IMG/VR virus record: IMGVR_UViG_3300022213_000004
DNA: 64,000 nucleotides
Strand: one strand, 5' to 3'
Source of the DNA: a virus
Shown: positions 48,193 through 56,101 of the stretch, piece after piece
Layout: the number at the start of each line of letters is the position of its first letter
Position numbering within the stretch: the stretch's first letter is position 1
The notes under the pieces: model-generated
What the model was told of the DNA's origin: nothing
Seen by the model: the letters and a program-made list of their open reading frames with translations, nothing else
The model's database searches: none
Made by a program: the position numbers and the translations under genes

Positions 48193-49374
48193 ATGGAGTT
48201 TAAAATTTCTTCAATAGAAGAACCTCAAACAAATATCAAAGGAATGACTGTTTTTAATACCGAAAAGGTTGATACCAAAAAACAACCAATGTTTTTTGGA
48301 AAACCACTTGGAGTTCAGCGATACGATTCATACAAATACCCAATCTTTGATAAATTAACTCAGCAACAATTAAGTTATTTTTGGAGACCAGAAGAAATTT
48401 CTCTTCAAAAAGATCGTGGAGATTATCAAACATTACGTCCAGAACAAAAACATATTTTTACTTCTAATTTGAAGTATCAAATTATGTTAGATTCTATTCA
48501 AGGTCGTGGTCCTGGTATTGCATTCATTCCATACTGCTCACTTCCTGAGTTGGAAGCATGTATGGAAGTGTGGGGATTTATGGAGATGATCCATAGTCGC
48601 TCATATACCTATATCATTAAAAACGTTTATTCAGACCCATCTGAAGTGTTTGATACTATCATTGGGGATGAACGTATTCTGGAACGTGCTAAGAGCGTTA
48701 CAGAGTCATATGATGACTTTATTCAATCAGCGCAACAATATGGTGTATCTGATGCTTGGATGCATAACCTTGAAGGAGTCACATACGCAAAGGAAACGAT
48801 TAATGACGTTAAACGAAAACTGTACAGAGCAGTCGCAAACGTTAATATTCTTGAAGGTATTCGCTTCTACGTTAGTTTTGCTTGTAGTTTCGCCTTTGGT
48901 GAACTTAAGCTTATGGAAGGATCCGCTAAAATCATCTCTCTCATTGCAAGAGACGAAAACCAACATCTAGTCATTACACAAAATATTCTGAACAAATGGC
49001 GAGATGGTGATGATCCTGAAATGAAGCAAATTGCTAAGGAAGAAGAGGAGTGGGTTTATGCAATGTTTGATCGTGCGGTAAATGAAGAAAAAAAATGGGC
49101 AGATTATCTGTTCAAAGATGGGAGCATGATTGGACTGAATGATAAACTTCTTCAGCAGTATGTTGAATGGATTGCAAACAGAAGACTTAAAGCAATTGGA
49201 TTAAAACCTCAATATGATATATCGGCAAATAATAATCCACTTCCTTGGACTGATCATTGGTTAAATTCTAAATCTTTGCAAAATGCACCACAAGAAGTGG
49301 AAATTGAGCAATATTTAATCGGAGGTATTAAACAAGATGTTACCAAAGATACTTTCTCAGGATTCAAATTATGA
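48193..49374 (+). CDS. nrdB: Class Ia ribonucleotide reductase beta subunit
   Basis: FWRPEE, EMIHSRSY, EGIRFYVSF, DENQH. Confidence 0.98.
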   Translation: MEFKISSIEEPQTNIKGMTVFNTEKVDTKKQPMFFGKPLGVQRYDSYKYPIFDKLTQQQLSYFWRPEEISLQKDRGDYQTLRPEQKHIFTSNLKYQIMLDSIQGRGPGIAFIPYCSLPELEACMEVWGFMEMIHSRSYTYIIKNVYSDPSEVFDTIIGDERILERAKSVTESYDDFIQSAQQYGVSDAWMHNLEGVTYAKETINDVKRKLYRAVANVNILEGIRFYVSFACSFAFGELKLMEGSAKIISLIARDENQHLVITQNILNKWRDGDDPEMKQIAKEEEEWVYAMFDRAVNEEKKWADYLFKDGSMIGLNDKLLQQYVEWIANRRLKAIGLKPQYDISANNNPLPWTDHWLNSKSLQNAPQEVEIEQYLIGGIKQDVTKDTFSGFKL

Positions 49375-49498
49375 TGAATGGTGTGAACAAGAAATCATAA
49401 GTGCCTATATTGAGGCAGCAGAATGTGATGAGTATTTGTTTGGTGATTATGATTATTGTAAAGAATGGTTAGGTACAAATACTGATAATGTTGTATAG
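49337..49498 (+). CDS. Small acidic protein overlapping the nrdB end (not in ORF track)
   Basis: GGAGG RBS at 49321; MLPKILSQDSNYDEWCEQEII... Confidence 0.55.
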   Translation: MLPKILSQDSNYDEWCEQEIISAYIEAAECDEYLFGDYDYCKEWLGTNTDNVV

Positions 49499-49524
49499 AT
49501 AGAGGAGGTAAACCCTCCTTTTTT

Positions 49525-49683
49525 ATGTCTAAAAATAATTTTAACAAAGATGAATTTAGAGTTAGAGTGCTAAAGTTAAAAAACGAACTATATCACGATT
49601 CAAATTGGTACTCAAATCCCAAGAACCTGGCGGATAAATACCTGAATAAGGTTCTTGAAATTATTGATGAGTACAGATATTAA
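49525..49683 (+). CDS. Small hypothetical protein (not in ORF track)
   Basis: MSKNNFNKDEFRVRVLKLKNEL...YLNKVLEIIDEYRY. Confidence 0.6.
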   Translation: MSKNNFNKDEFRVRVLKLKNELYHDSNWYSNPKNLADKYLNKVLEIIDEYRY

Positions 49684-50110
49684 CTATGAAAACCCTTGGA
49701 TCTATAATGGAAATCCTTTCACGAGTGCAGATATTGGAGACCATTATGGATTTGTCTATTTGATAGAAAATAAATTGAATGGTAGAAAATATATTGGCAG
49801 AAAATATCTTTGGCAGTTTAGAACCCCCAAAGGTAAAAAAAGAAAAGTAAAATCTGAGTCTAATTGGAAAGAATACTATGGGTCTTGTCCGGAACTTAAA
49901 GAAGACATTGATAAATTGGGCAGAGAAAATTTTAGTAGAACTATCTTATCATTACATAAAACAAAGGGCAAAACAAACTTTGGGGAGACCAGTCAACTCT
50001 TCAAGCACGATGTCCTCACAGAAGCCCTTGACAACGGAGACCCTGCGTTCTACAATAGCAACATCTTGGGACGGTTCTACCGAAAAGATTATTATGAACG
50101 CAACAACTGA
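49667..50110 (+). CDS. Conserved T4-like GIY-YIG-family nuclease
   Basis: GFVYLIENKLNGRKYIGRK...WKEYYGS...YNSNI. Confidence 0.8.
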   Translation: MSTDINYENPWIYNGNPFTSADIGDHYGFVYLIENKLNGRKYIGRKYLWQFRTPKGKKRKVKSESNWKEYYGSCPELKEDIDKLGRENFSRTILSLHKTKGKTNFGETSQLFKHDVLTEALDNGDPAFYNSNILGRFYRKDYYERNN

Positions 50111-50267
50111 AGATATTGTCGCACATGTGAGGAGTTGGTCTCTTGATCGTGCATCAGACAAAAGTATTCATAAAGAGGATGCTCGTGCTATTCTTGCTGA
50201 ATTCTATGAGTGGATTGAACCAGAAAATGATGAACTGGAAATCGTCTCCTTAGAGCCAGAATCTTGA
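50094..50267 (+). CDS. Small conserved hypothetical protein
   Basis: MNATTEDIVAHVRSWSLDRA...EFYEWIE. Confidence 0.6.
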   Translation: MNATTEDIVAHVRSWSLDRASDKSIHKEDARAILAEFYEWIEPENDELEIVSLEPES

Positions 50268-50421
50268 CAGAATCTAAATAAAAACTTATGATGCTAAAAT
50301 CCTTGTTATGAGCAAGGTTTTTTGTTATGAGACTTTGAGTGACATTTAGAGCCGTGGAAAGTGCCCTTTGAAAAAAGGGTGTACCCCCTTTCTATACGGA
50401 TGTAGAGTTCAATTAATTTTA

Positions 50422-51048
50422 ATGCAAAACTGCTTTACTGTAGCCCTCTTGCCTCTGTTGGCAACGGTTACAACCACAACGGCAACACTGCCATCATCTG
50501 CTATTGCTCCTTCATATTCTATTATTAAGGAGTTTGAAACAGAGAAGACAGCAATCCGCGAGGTTGCTCCCGAAAAGCCAAAAGAGAAAAGGCTAATTTG
50601 TAAAGGGTGTAATGAACATGAAAATACTGCCCTGGCATTTTTCCAGGATCGCGGTATTAAAGACAGAAACGCCCTTGCTACCATCATGGGTAATATTCGT
50701 CAGGAATCAACTTTTGTTCCTAACATTTGTGAAGGTGGTAGCAGAACCTCATACTATAATTGTGGAAGAGGTTATGGTTTGATACAATTTACTTCTGCTT
50801 CTCGTTATTATGGACTGGGTGCTTTTGCTAAAAAAATAGGAGGTAATCCTTCTACTGCTGATACTCAACTTCGGTATATTACTACTGAACCACAATGGAA
50901 GAGTATTGAAAACAGAATGAGAGTTTCTGGAAAATCTATTGATAGGTATATGAATTATGCCTACGAATGGATTGGATGGGGACACCATGGAGCAAGAACA
51001 CAATATGCTTATGACTATGCTAAACGATTGGTTCTTGCTGATGTCTAA
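50422..51048 (+). CDS. Phage tail-lysozyme-family cell-wall hydrolase with N-terminal signal-like segment
   Basis: IMGNIRQES and GYGLIQFT motifs. Confidence 0.8.
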   Translation: MQNCFTVALLPLLATVTTTTATLPSSAIAPSYSIIKEFETEKTAIREVAPEKPKEKRLICKGCNEHENTALAFFQDRGIKDRNALATIMGNIRQESTFVPNICEGGSRTSYYNCGRGYGLIQFTSASRYYGLGAFAKKIGGNPSTADTQLRYITTEPQWKSIENRMRVSGKSIDRYMNYAYEWIGWGHHGARTQYAYDYAKRLVLADV

Positions 51049-51145
51049 ATAACTTTACCTGACTTGCTGACACTTTTCAGGTGAGATTGGAGTGCTTCGG
51101 CACTCCTTTCTTGTATAAATAGTAATGTCAGCAAGTTAGAGTAGT
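51044..51145 (+). ncRNA. Candidate small structured RNA / leader cassette upstream of endonuclease (copy 2)
   Basis: CTAAATA, ACCTG-[ACTTGCTGACA]-CTTTTCAGGT, cUUCGg hairpin, TATAAATA, TGTCAGCAAGT. Confidence 0.7.
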
Positions 51146-51796
51146 ATGAAACACTTTTATGTGTATTATTCCTATGAGGAATATGGAAGGGGATATATTG
51201 GAAAAAGAGAATGTAAATGTCTTCCAGAAGAAGATGTAAGTTATTTTGGAAGTTTCAAAGATAAAACTTTCAATCCAACTCAAAAAATAATATTAGAAAC
51301 TTTTGGGAGTGTTGAAGAAGCACTTGAAGCAGAATGTGCTCTCCACGATTTTTATGAAGTAGATAAAAATCCACACTTTGCTAATAGGGCAAAACAAACT
51401 TCTACTGGATTTTATTGTAATAAAGGTGCTGGTGAAGAAGCAAACAAGAAAAGAAGTGAGTTGATGAAAACAGAATACAATCCTATGAGTAATCCAAAAC
51501 TCAAAGAGAAAGCAAGAAAAAACTTGATTAGAACTTTGAGTAATCCAGAAATGAGAAAACTAAAAAGTAGAGTTGGAAAGAAAGCACACAATCGTCCAGA
51601 AGTAGTTGAGAACCATAGACAGGCAGCACTCAAATCTCATCAAAATCCAGAAACAAAAAGAAAACATATTGAGGCAAAACTTGGTGAGAAAAATCCTTGT
51701 TATGGTAAAAAGTGGATTACAAATGGAAATGAAAACAAATACATAAACTCTATTGATGAAGTTCCAAGTGGTTTTTGGTATGGTAGAGTTGTTTGA
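51146..51796 (+). CDS. GIY-YIG-like (Seg-type) homing endonuclease
   Basis: FYVYYSYEEYGRGYIGKR...YFGS...EALEAE...FAN; GKKWITNG. Confidence 0.8.
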   Translation: MKHFYVYYSYEEYGRGYIGKRECKCLPEEDVSYFGSFKDKTFNPTQKIILETFGSVEEALEAECALHDFYEVDKNPHFANRAKQTSTGFYCNKGAGEEANKKRSELMKTEYNPMSNPKLKEKARKNLIRTLSNPEMRKLKSRVGKKAHNRPEVVENHRQAALKSHQNPETKRKHIEAKLGEKNPCYGKKWITNGNENKYINSIDEVPSGFWYGRVV

Positions 51797-51875
51797 GGAC
51801 ACTTGAAGAACTGGCACAGGGACACTCCAAATGCCCCTGTGATGCCTTATAATACTCTCATAAGCAACCAAACCG

Positions 51876-52085
51876 ATGACTAACGAACAAATCCTAAAAC
51901 TTGCTAAAACCTGTGGTGCTGATAGACATATAAGTAAAATAACAAACGATATTTACTGGGAGTGTGATGAAGACGACCTCTTAAAGTTTGCTGCTTTAAT
52001 CTACACAGAAGGTTTCAAAGTGGGTTATGATGAAGGTTGGGAAAGAAGTAATGTAAGCACCAAATGGAGTTCTGATGATGAATAA
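51876..52085 (+). CDS. Small early hypothetical protein
   Basis: First ORF after the TATAAT box at 51848. Confidence 0.65.
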   Translation: MTNEQILKLAKTCGADRHISKITNDIYWECDEDDLLKFAALIYTEGFKVGYDEGWERSNVSTKWSSDDE

Positions 52086-52278
52086 ACTCACAGCACTTGA
52101 TTTGATGGTAATTTCAGATACTTTGTATAGAACTCTTTCTATCGCAGGATTTGAGGGAACTCTTGGTGGATATACAAAAGAAGCAAGAGAAAATGTTGCG
52201 AATAAGGTTCAAACAATTTTGAGTAATATGGAAGTAGAACTAACTGTGGAGAAAACTGATGCCCAAGATGACTTATGA
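52075..52278 (+). CDS. Small hypothetical protein
   Basis: GGAG RBS; part of an overlapping chain of small ORFs. Confidence 0.65.
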   Translation: MMNKLTALDLMVISDTLYRTLSIAGFEGTLGGYTKEARENVANKVQTILSNMEVELTVEKTDAQDDL

Positions 52279-52426
52279 AGAATGGTGTGAAAAAAATCCA
52301 ATTGATTGGGATGAGATTGAAAAAAATGATAATCCAGATATGTTGATTACTAAAACAGGTGTAGAAATGATGCATTATCACCTATACTTGTGGGAATGTA
52401 AAAAAGAAGAAGAAACAAATGACTGA
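52268..52426 (+). CDS. Small hypothetical protein (not in ORF track)
   Basis: MTYEEWCEKNPIDWDEIEKND...; overlaps both neighbours. Confidence 0.5.
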   Translation: MTYEEWCEKNPIDWDEIEKNDNPDMLITKTGVEMMHYHLYLWECKKEEETND

Positions 52427-52586
52427 CAAACAACCAACTTGGGATGGGATTTACAAATCTCTTAATGTAGGTATTGTGAATGTTTATGAACTCACCGAAC
52501 ACTTGGATACACTCTACACTAAAATTTCTGAACTTGAAGCACGATTGGATAAAGAGGAAGAATACCGACAGGAGCAAAATGACTAA
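52419..52586 (+). CDS. Small hypothetical protein (not in ORF track)
   Basis: MTDKQPTWDGIYKSLNVG...; overlaps both neighbours. Confidence 0.5.
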   Translation: MTDKQPTWDGIYKSLNVGIVNVYELTEHLDTLYTKISELEARLDKEEEYRQEQND

Positions 52587-52639
52587 ACTCACAGCACTTG
52601 ACTTATACATTCTCACAGATACTGTGCTACACTCTATAA

Positions 52640-52678
52640 GTCACGGTAGTATCACGGGTTCAAATCCCGTTAGGGTCG
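52640..52678 (+). pseudogene. 3' half of tRNA-Asp(GTC)
   Basis: GTCAC-GGTAG-TATC-ACGGG-TTCAAAT-CCCGT-TAGGGTC-G; no 5' acceptor strand or D arm upstream. Confidence 0.75.
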
Positions 52679-52681
52679 CCT

Positions 52682-52753
52682 GGGAGATTAGCTCAGTGGT
52701 AGAGCAATGTGCTGATAACGCAGAGGTCGGTGGTTCAAATCCACCATTTCCCA
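52682..52753 (+). tRNA. tRNA-Ile(GAT)
   Basis: Cloverleaf, anticodon loop CTGATAA. Confidence 0.95.
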
Positions 52754-52792
52754 CTTGACAACCATTTCCAAGTCTGGTATGATTGTCTTATT

Positions 52793-52865
52793 GGGGCAGC
52801 AGCATGACGGATCATGCACCATCCTTCTAAGATGTAAGATGGGGGTTCAAATCCCTCCTGCCCTG
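52793..52865 (+). tRNA. tRNA-Arg(TCT)
   Basis: GGGGCAG/CTGCCCT acceptor, loop CTTCTAA, GTTCAAATC T arm; C instead of T at position 8. Confidence 0.85.
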
Positions 52866-52962
52866 TTACCACTTGCGCTGGAAAGATAAACCAGAATGCC
52901 GTGGTAAGATAGAGGGTAAGCCTCTGTTATATCCTTGAGGTATGTCACGCTTACTCCATCTA

Positions 52963-53035
52963 GCCCTTGTATTCCAACGGTAGAGAAGGTGGACTTAGAA
53001 TCCATACAGTGTAAGTTCGAATCTTACCAGGGGCA
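52963..53035 (+). tRNA. tRNA-Leu(TAG) with short variable loop
   Basis: GCCCTTG/CAGGGGC acceptor, GTGGA-CTTAGAA-TCCAT anticodon arm. Confidence 0.88.
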
Positions 53036-53054
53036 CTTAATTACTCTAGATTAT

Positions 53055-53543
53055 ATGGAATGGAAAAAACATCCAATCTTTGATAATTATGAAGCATCTT
53101 TAAATGGTGAAGTAAGAAATCAAAGTAAAAAGATAATAAAAACTAAACCCTTACAAACATATCATTCTGTTGTCACATTATGGAAGAATGGTAAAAGAAA
53201 ATTTATGGTAACTTCTAAATTTGTTTATGAGTGTTTTTATGGATTAATTCCAAAAGAATTAGTAGTAATGCACCACGATGAATATTTACCTGAATTTTGT
53301 ATTAACGCAACATTCAATTTATTTCTTGGCACTAGGTCTATAAATCAAAAAGATGCTTATCAAAAAGGAAGAATGTTGCCAACTAGAGGAGAAAAAAGTG
53401 GCAGGTCATATCTTTCACAAGAACAAGTTGACAATATAAGAAAAATGAGATATGATGGATGTACTTATGCACAAATAATAAGTGTATATAAAATACCAAA
53501 ATCAACCTTGTCAAATATAATTAATCACAAAACCTGGGCTTGA
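53055..53543 (+). CDS. HNH-type (NUMOD4-like) homing endonuclease within the tRNA cluster
   Basis: MEWKKHPIFDNYEASLNGEVRN...VMHHD...NLFLGT...N; C-terminal HTH. Confidence 0.8.
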   Translation: MEWKKHPIFDNYEASLNGEVRNQSKKIIKTKPLQTYHSVVTLWKNGKRKFMVTSKFVYECFYGLIPKELVVMHHDEYLPEFCINATFNLFLGTRSINQKDAYQKGRMLPTRGEKSGRSYLSQEQVDNIRKMRYDGCTYAQIISVYKIPKSTLSNIINHKTWA

Positions 53544-53579
53544 CATTATGCCCACCTCTTGGTAAAATAATGTTTATAT

Positions 53580-53651
53580 GCGGGTATCGTCTAACGGCTA
53601 AGATGATTGCCTTCCAAGCAATAGATGGGGTTTCGATTACCCCTACCCGCT
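53580..53651 (+). tRNA. tRNA-Gly(TCC)
   Basis: GCGGGTA/TACCCGC acceptor, ATTGC-CTTCCAA-GCAAT. Confidence 0.93.
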
Positions 53652-53691
53652 CTTGGTAGTCGTTAGGCACATAGTCTAAAAAGACGCCAAA

Positions 53692-53761
53692 GGAAGTTAA
53701 GTCAAAGAATCGAGACAAGCAGACAATGCCCTTTGAACTGGTGTAAGTCCAGTAACTTCCT
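53692..53761 (+). ncRNA. tRNA-like RNA with non-canonical anticodon arm
   Basis: GGAAGTT/AACTTCC acceptor, GTC/GAC D stem, ACTGG-TGTAAGT-CCAGT T arm. Confidence 0.6.
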
Positions 53762-53765
53762 TTAT

Positions 53766-53837
53766 TCCCCTGTGGCGCAGCGGTAGCGCGAGAAACTGTT
53801 AATTTCCAGGTCACAAGTTCGAATCTTGTCGGGGGAG
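53766..53837 (+). tRNA. tRNA-Asn(GTT)
   Basis: TCCCCTG/CGGGGGA acceptor, loop CTGTTAA. Confidence 0.93.
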
Positions 53838-53937
53838 TTGGAAGGACTTCGGTTCCTCCATAAGAATCGGGATCATCATATCCGATTCACTAAGACCTAA
53901 GTTCGCTTAGGCCAGGGGGATGGCCTCCCCTGCTAAT

Positions 53938-54010
53938 GGGCGATTAACTCAGCGGTCAGAGTGTCTGCTTTACACGCAGAAAGTCCACGGTTCAAATCCG
54001 TGATTGCCCA
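53938..54010 (+). tRNA. tRNA-Val(TAC)
   Basis: TCTGC-TTTACAC-GCAGA anticodon arm. Confidence 0.95.
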
Positions 54011-54038
54011 CTTGATAAATAAAAATAAAAAGAGTATA

Positions 54039-54473
54039 ATGGAAAAACTTTATAAACTACTAAGTGATGCTCAGTCATCGCTTTTTGTTTTATTCCATAA
54101 AACTTGGGCATTTCACTGGAATGTAGTTGGTGAAGATTTCACTCAACTCCACCAACTTTTTGGTGGTCAGTATGAAACTATGTTTGAGGAGATTGATCGT
54201 CTCTCAGAACATATGCGTTATCTAAATGTAAAACCTCTCAGCTCTCTTTCAAGAATGCTTGAGGTAACTCAAATCAAAGAGGCAGCAAGTTCAACGGGAG
54301 CAAAAGAAATGCTTCAGGAACTGCTTGAGAACAACGAAAAGTTTTGTGAGTTGATGGCAGAAATTTCGGAGGAATCCGAAGCACAAAAGCAATATGCAAC
54401 TGCTAATCTAGTTCAAGATTTAATGGAATCTCATGGTAAGTTTGTTTGGCAGTTAAGAGCGCACCTGCAATGA
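54039..54473 (+). CDS. dps: Dps-family ferritin-like DNA protection protein
   Basis: HWNVVG..F..LH.LF..QY.....IDRLSEH ferroxidase signature. Confidence 0.9.
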   Translation: MEKLYKLLSDAQSSLFVLFHKTWAFHWNVVGEDFTQLHQLFGGQYETMFEEIDRLSEHMRYLNVKPLSSLSRMLEVTQIKEAASSTGAKEMLQELLENNEKFCELMAEISEESEAQKQYATANLVQDLMESHGKFVWQLRAHLQ

Positions 54474-54488
54474 TTAGGATGAAGAACA

Positions 54489-54740
54489 ATGATTTCAATA
54501 AGATGTAAAGATTGTAATAAAGAGTTATTTGGGCACCCATCAAAAACAGTAACTTGTGGTTGTCCAAATATGGCAACAATTCGTGGAGATAAGATTTCAG
54601 CACTTGACTTATCTCGTGTTGTTATGTTAAACTCTATTCAGAAAGAACAAAAATCAAATGTTCTGACTTCACAAGATCTTGCTTTTCAAGAAGCAAGACG
54701 CCAACGCAAAGTAAAGCGTTTGGATTTTGAGGTCCGTTGA
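54489..54740 (+). CDS. Small zinc-ribbon protein conserved in cyanophages
   Basis: CKDC...CGCPN. Confidence 0.7.
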   Translation: MISIRCKDCNKELFGHPSKTVTCGCPNMATIRGDKISALDLSRVVMLNSIQKEQKSNVLTSQDLAFQEARRQRKVKRLDFEVR

Positions 54741-54749
54741 GGACTTTTT

Positions 54750-54836
54750 GGAAGGTCAATCCGATTGGCGACGGAACCGCTCTTGAAAAGCGTTGAGGTG
54801 TTAAAGCCCTTGGGAGTTCGACTCTCCCACCTTCCG
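54750..54836 (+). tRNA. tRNA-Ser(TGA)
   Basis: GGAAGGT/ACCTTCC acceptor, loop CTTGAAA, long variable arm. Confidence 0.95.
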
Positions 54837-54909
54837 TTTTTATATCAATATATTATAATCCTTAAGAAATGATATAATGTCTACATATTAAATATATCAA
54901 AATACAAAA

Positions 54910-55125
54910 ATGACAGGGTTTTATCTTCTAATGCTGACATTTATTGCATTAGTAGTATACGCGGGTTATGATGAAACCATGAGACTTTTTCAATATGCAG
55001 ACCTACAAGTTAGGTATGCTGTAGTAAGAGTTCAGATGAAATGGATGGGTTGGAACCTTAAAAGACAACTGATTAAGGATACAACTAATTTTGAAAAGTT
55101 CCTTAAGGAGTACACGGATGACTGA
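54910..55125 (+). CDS. Small membrane-anchored protein
   Basis: Hydrophobic N-terminal helix. Confidence 0.65.
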   Translation: MTGFYLLMLTFIALVVYAGYDETMRLFQYADLQVRYAVVRVQMKWMGWNLKRQLIKDTTNFEKFLKEYTDD

Positions 55126-55366
55126 TAAAGAGATGTCCGATCTTTCACTGGAAAGAAAGGAATGCCCAAAGTGTGGTGCTGTTTGGATTAACGGAGAGCA
55201 CTACTGGTCTGGAACAGGAAAAAAAGGAAATGAATTAGATCTTGCTGGATTAGTTTGTAATAAACATGGAGATGATACTTGTATTAACTCAAGTAGAGGA
55301 AAAGAAGGTGGTGTTACTTGGGAAAAGAGATTGACTGAACTGGAACAAGATCATCCAAACCAATGA
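55118..55366 (+). CDS. Small Cys-rich protein conserved in cyanophages
   Basis: CPKCGAVWINGEHYWSGTG...DLAGLVC; AAGGAG RBS. Confidence 0.7.
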   Translation: MTDKEMSDLSLERKECPKCGAVWINGEHYWSGTGKKGNELDLAGLVCNKHGDDTCINSSRGKEGGVTWEKRLTELEQDHPNQ

Positions 55367-55566
55367 TGCACGAACAAGAAGAGTTTATTACACGCTCAGA
55401 AGTTCAGGAGATGATTGATGCAGCAATACGACAACACAACCGTAATGCTTCTATCATTAGTATGTGCGTCGGTTGGGTGGTTCTTGCTTTATTTGCTGAA
55501 GGACTTTTGAGACTTGTAGGAGTTATTCCTCCATTACTTCCATGGCTCAAAATCACTCTGAACTAA
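55363..55566 (+). CDS. Small membrane protein
   Basis: HNRNASIISMCVGWVVLALFAEGLLRL. Confidence 0.7.
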   Translation: MMHEQEEFITRSEVQEMIDAAIRQHNRNASIISMCVGWVVLALFAEGLLRLVGVIPPLLPWLKITLN

Positions 55567-55832
55567 TATTCTTAGTTCCTTGGTTTGTTCTTGTGGTGAT
55601 TGCACTGACAATGTTTGTGCAAGGTTGGATGATTATGAATGCTCGTCATGGGTATTCAAAAAGTCCAAAAGTAAAACATCCAGAATTAAACGACGTTAAA
55701 GCAGGAGATCCTCTACTAGTGGTTAGATTCACCGAAGAAGATTTGCAAGAATTGCAACAGAAAATTTTACAACAAAAAATGAATGAACTTTTTGAAGAAC
55801 CATCAACTTATGAGGACGAGGAAGATGAGTAA
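55542..55832 (+). CDS. Membrane protein, DUF2973-like
   Basis: TM helix followed by KHPEL......LLVVRF. Confidence 0.6.
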   Translation: MAQNHSELIFLVPWFVLVVIALTMFVQGWMIMNARHGYSKSPKVKHPELNDVKAGDPLLVVRFTEEDLQELQQKILQQKMNELFEEPSTYEDEEDE

Positions 55833-55900
55833 AACACTTTTGGCACTAACACTCATTTATGGGTCAACTATTGGTCTGTGGATTTATTGGGGATTGACTC

Positions 55901-56101
55901 ATGCATATCCCCAATAAACAGAAGTATCACTTTGCAATGTCTGCTTTTGTAAGAATGCACGGATACGCTATTATGAACAATATAGATATTAAACAGTTTT
56001 GTGAAGAATGGTCTACTTGGGAAGTTACTGCTCCGTTACAGGGACTTGACGAAGTGGACCAATACATGTATTATGAATATAAGAACTGGAGGGGAAGATG
56101 A
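55901..56101 (+). CDS. Small hypothetical protein
   Basis: 66-aa ORF ending YYEYKNWRGR. Confidence 0.6.
   Translation: MHIPNKQKYHFAMSAFVRMHGYAIMNNIDIKQFCEEWSTWEVTAPLQGLDEVDQYMYYEYKNWRGR

Noticed and set aside
52963-53035. Amber suppressor tRNA / genetic-code reassignment
   Set aside because: Anticodon TAG reads CUA (Leu), whereas a suppressor would have CTA; core genes translate normally with the standard code.
52935-53054. N-terminal extensions of ORFs 52935 and 53961
   Set aside because: They run through tRNA-Leu and tRNA-Val; the real starts are 53055 and 54039.
53521-53814. Minus-strand 97-aa ORF
   Set aside because: It is antisense to tRNA-Gly, the tRNA-like RNA and tRNA-Asn.
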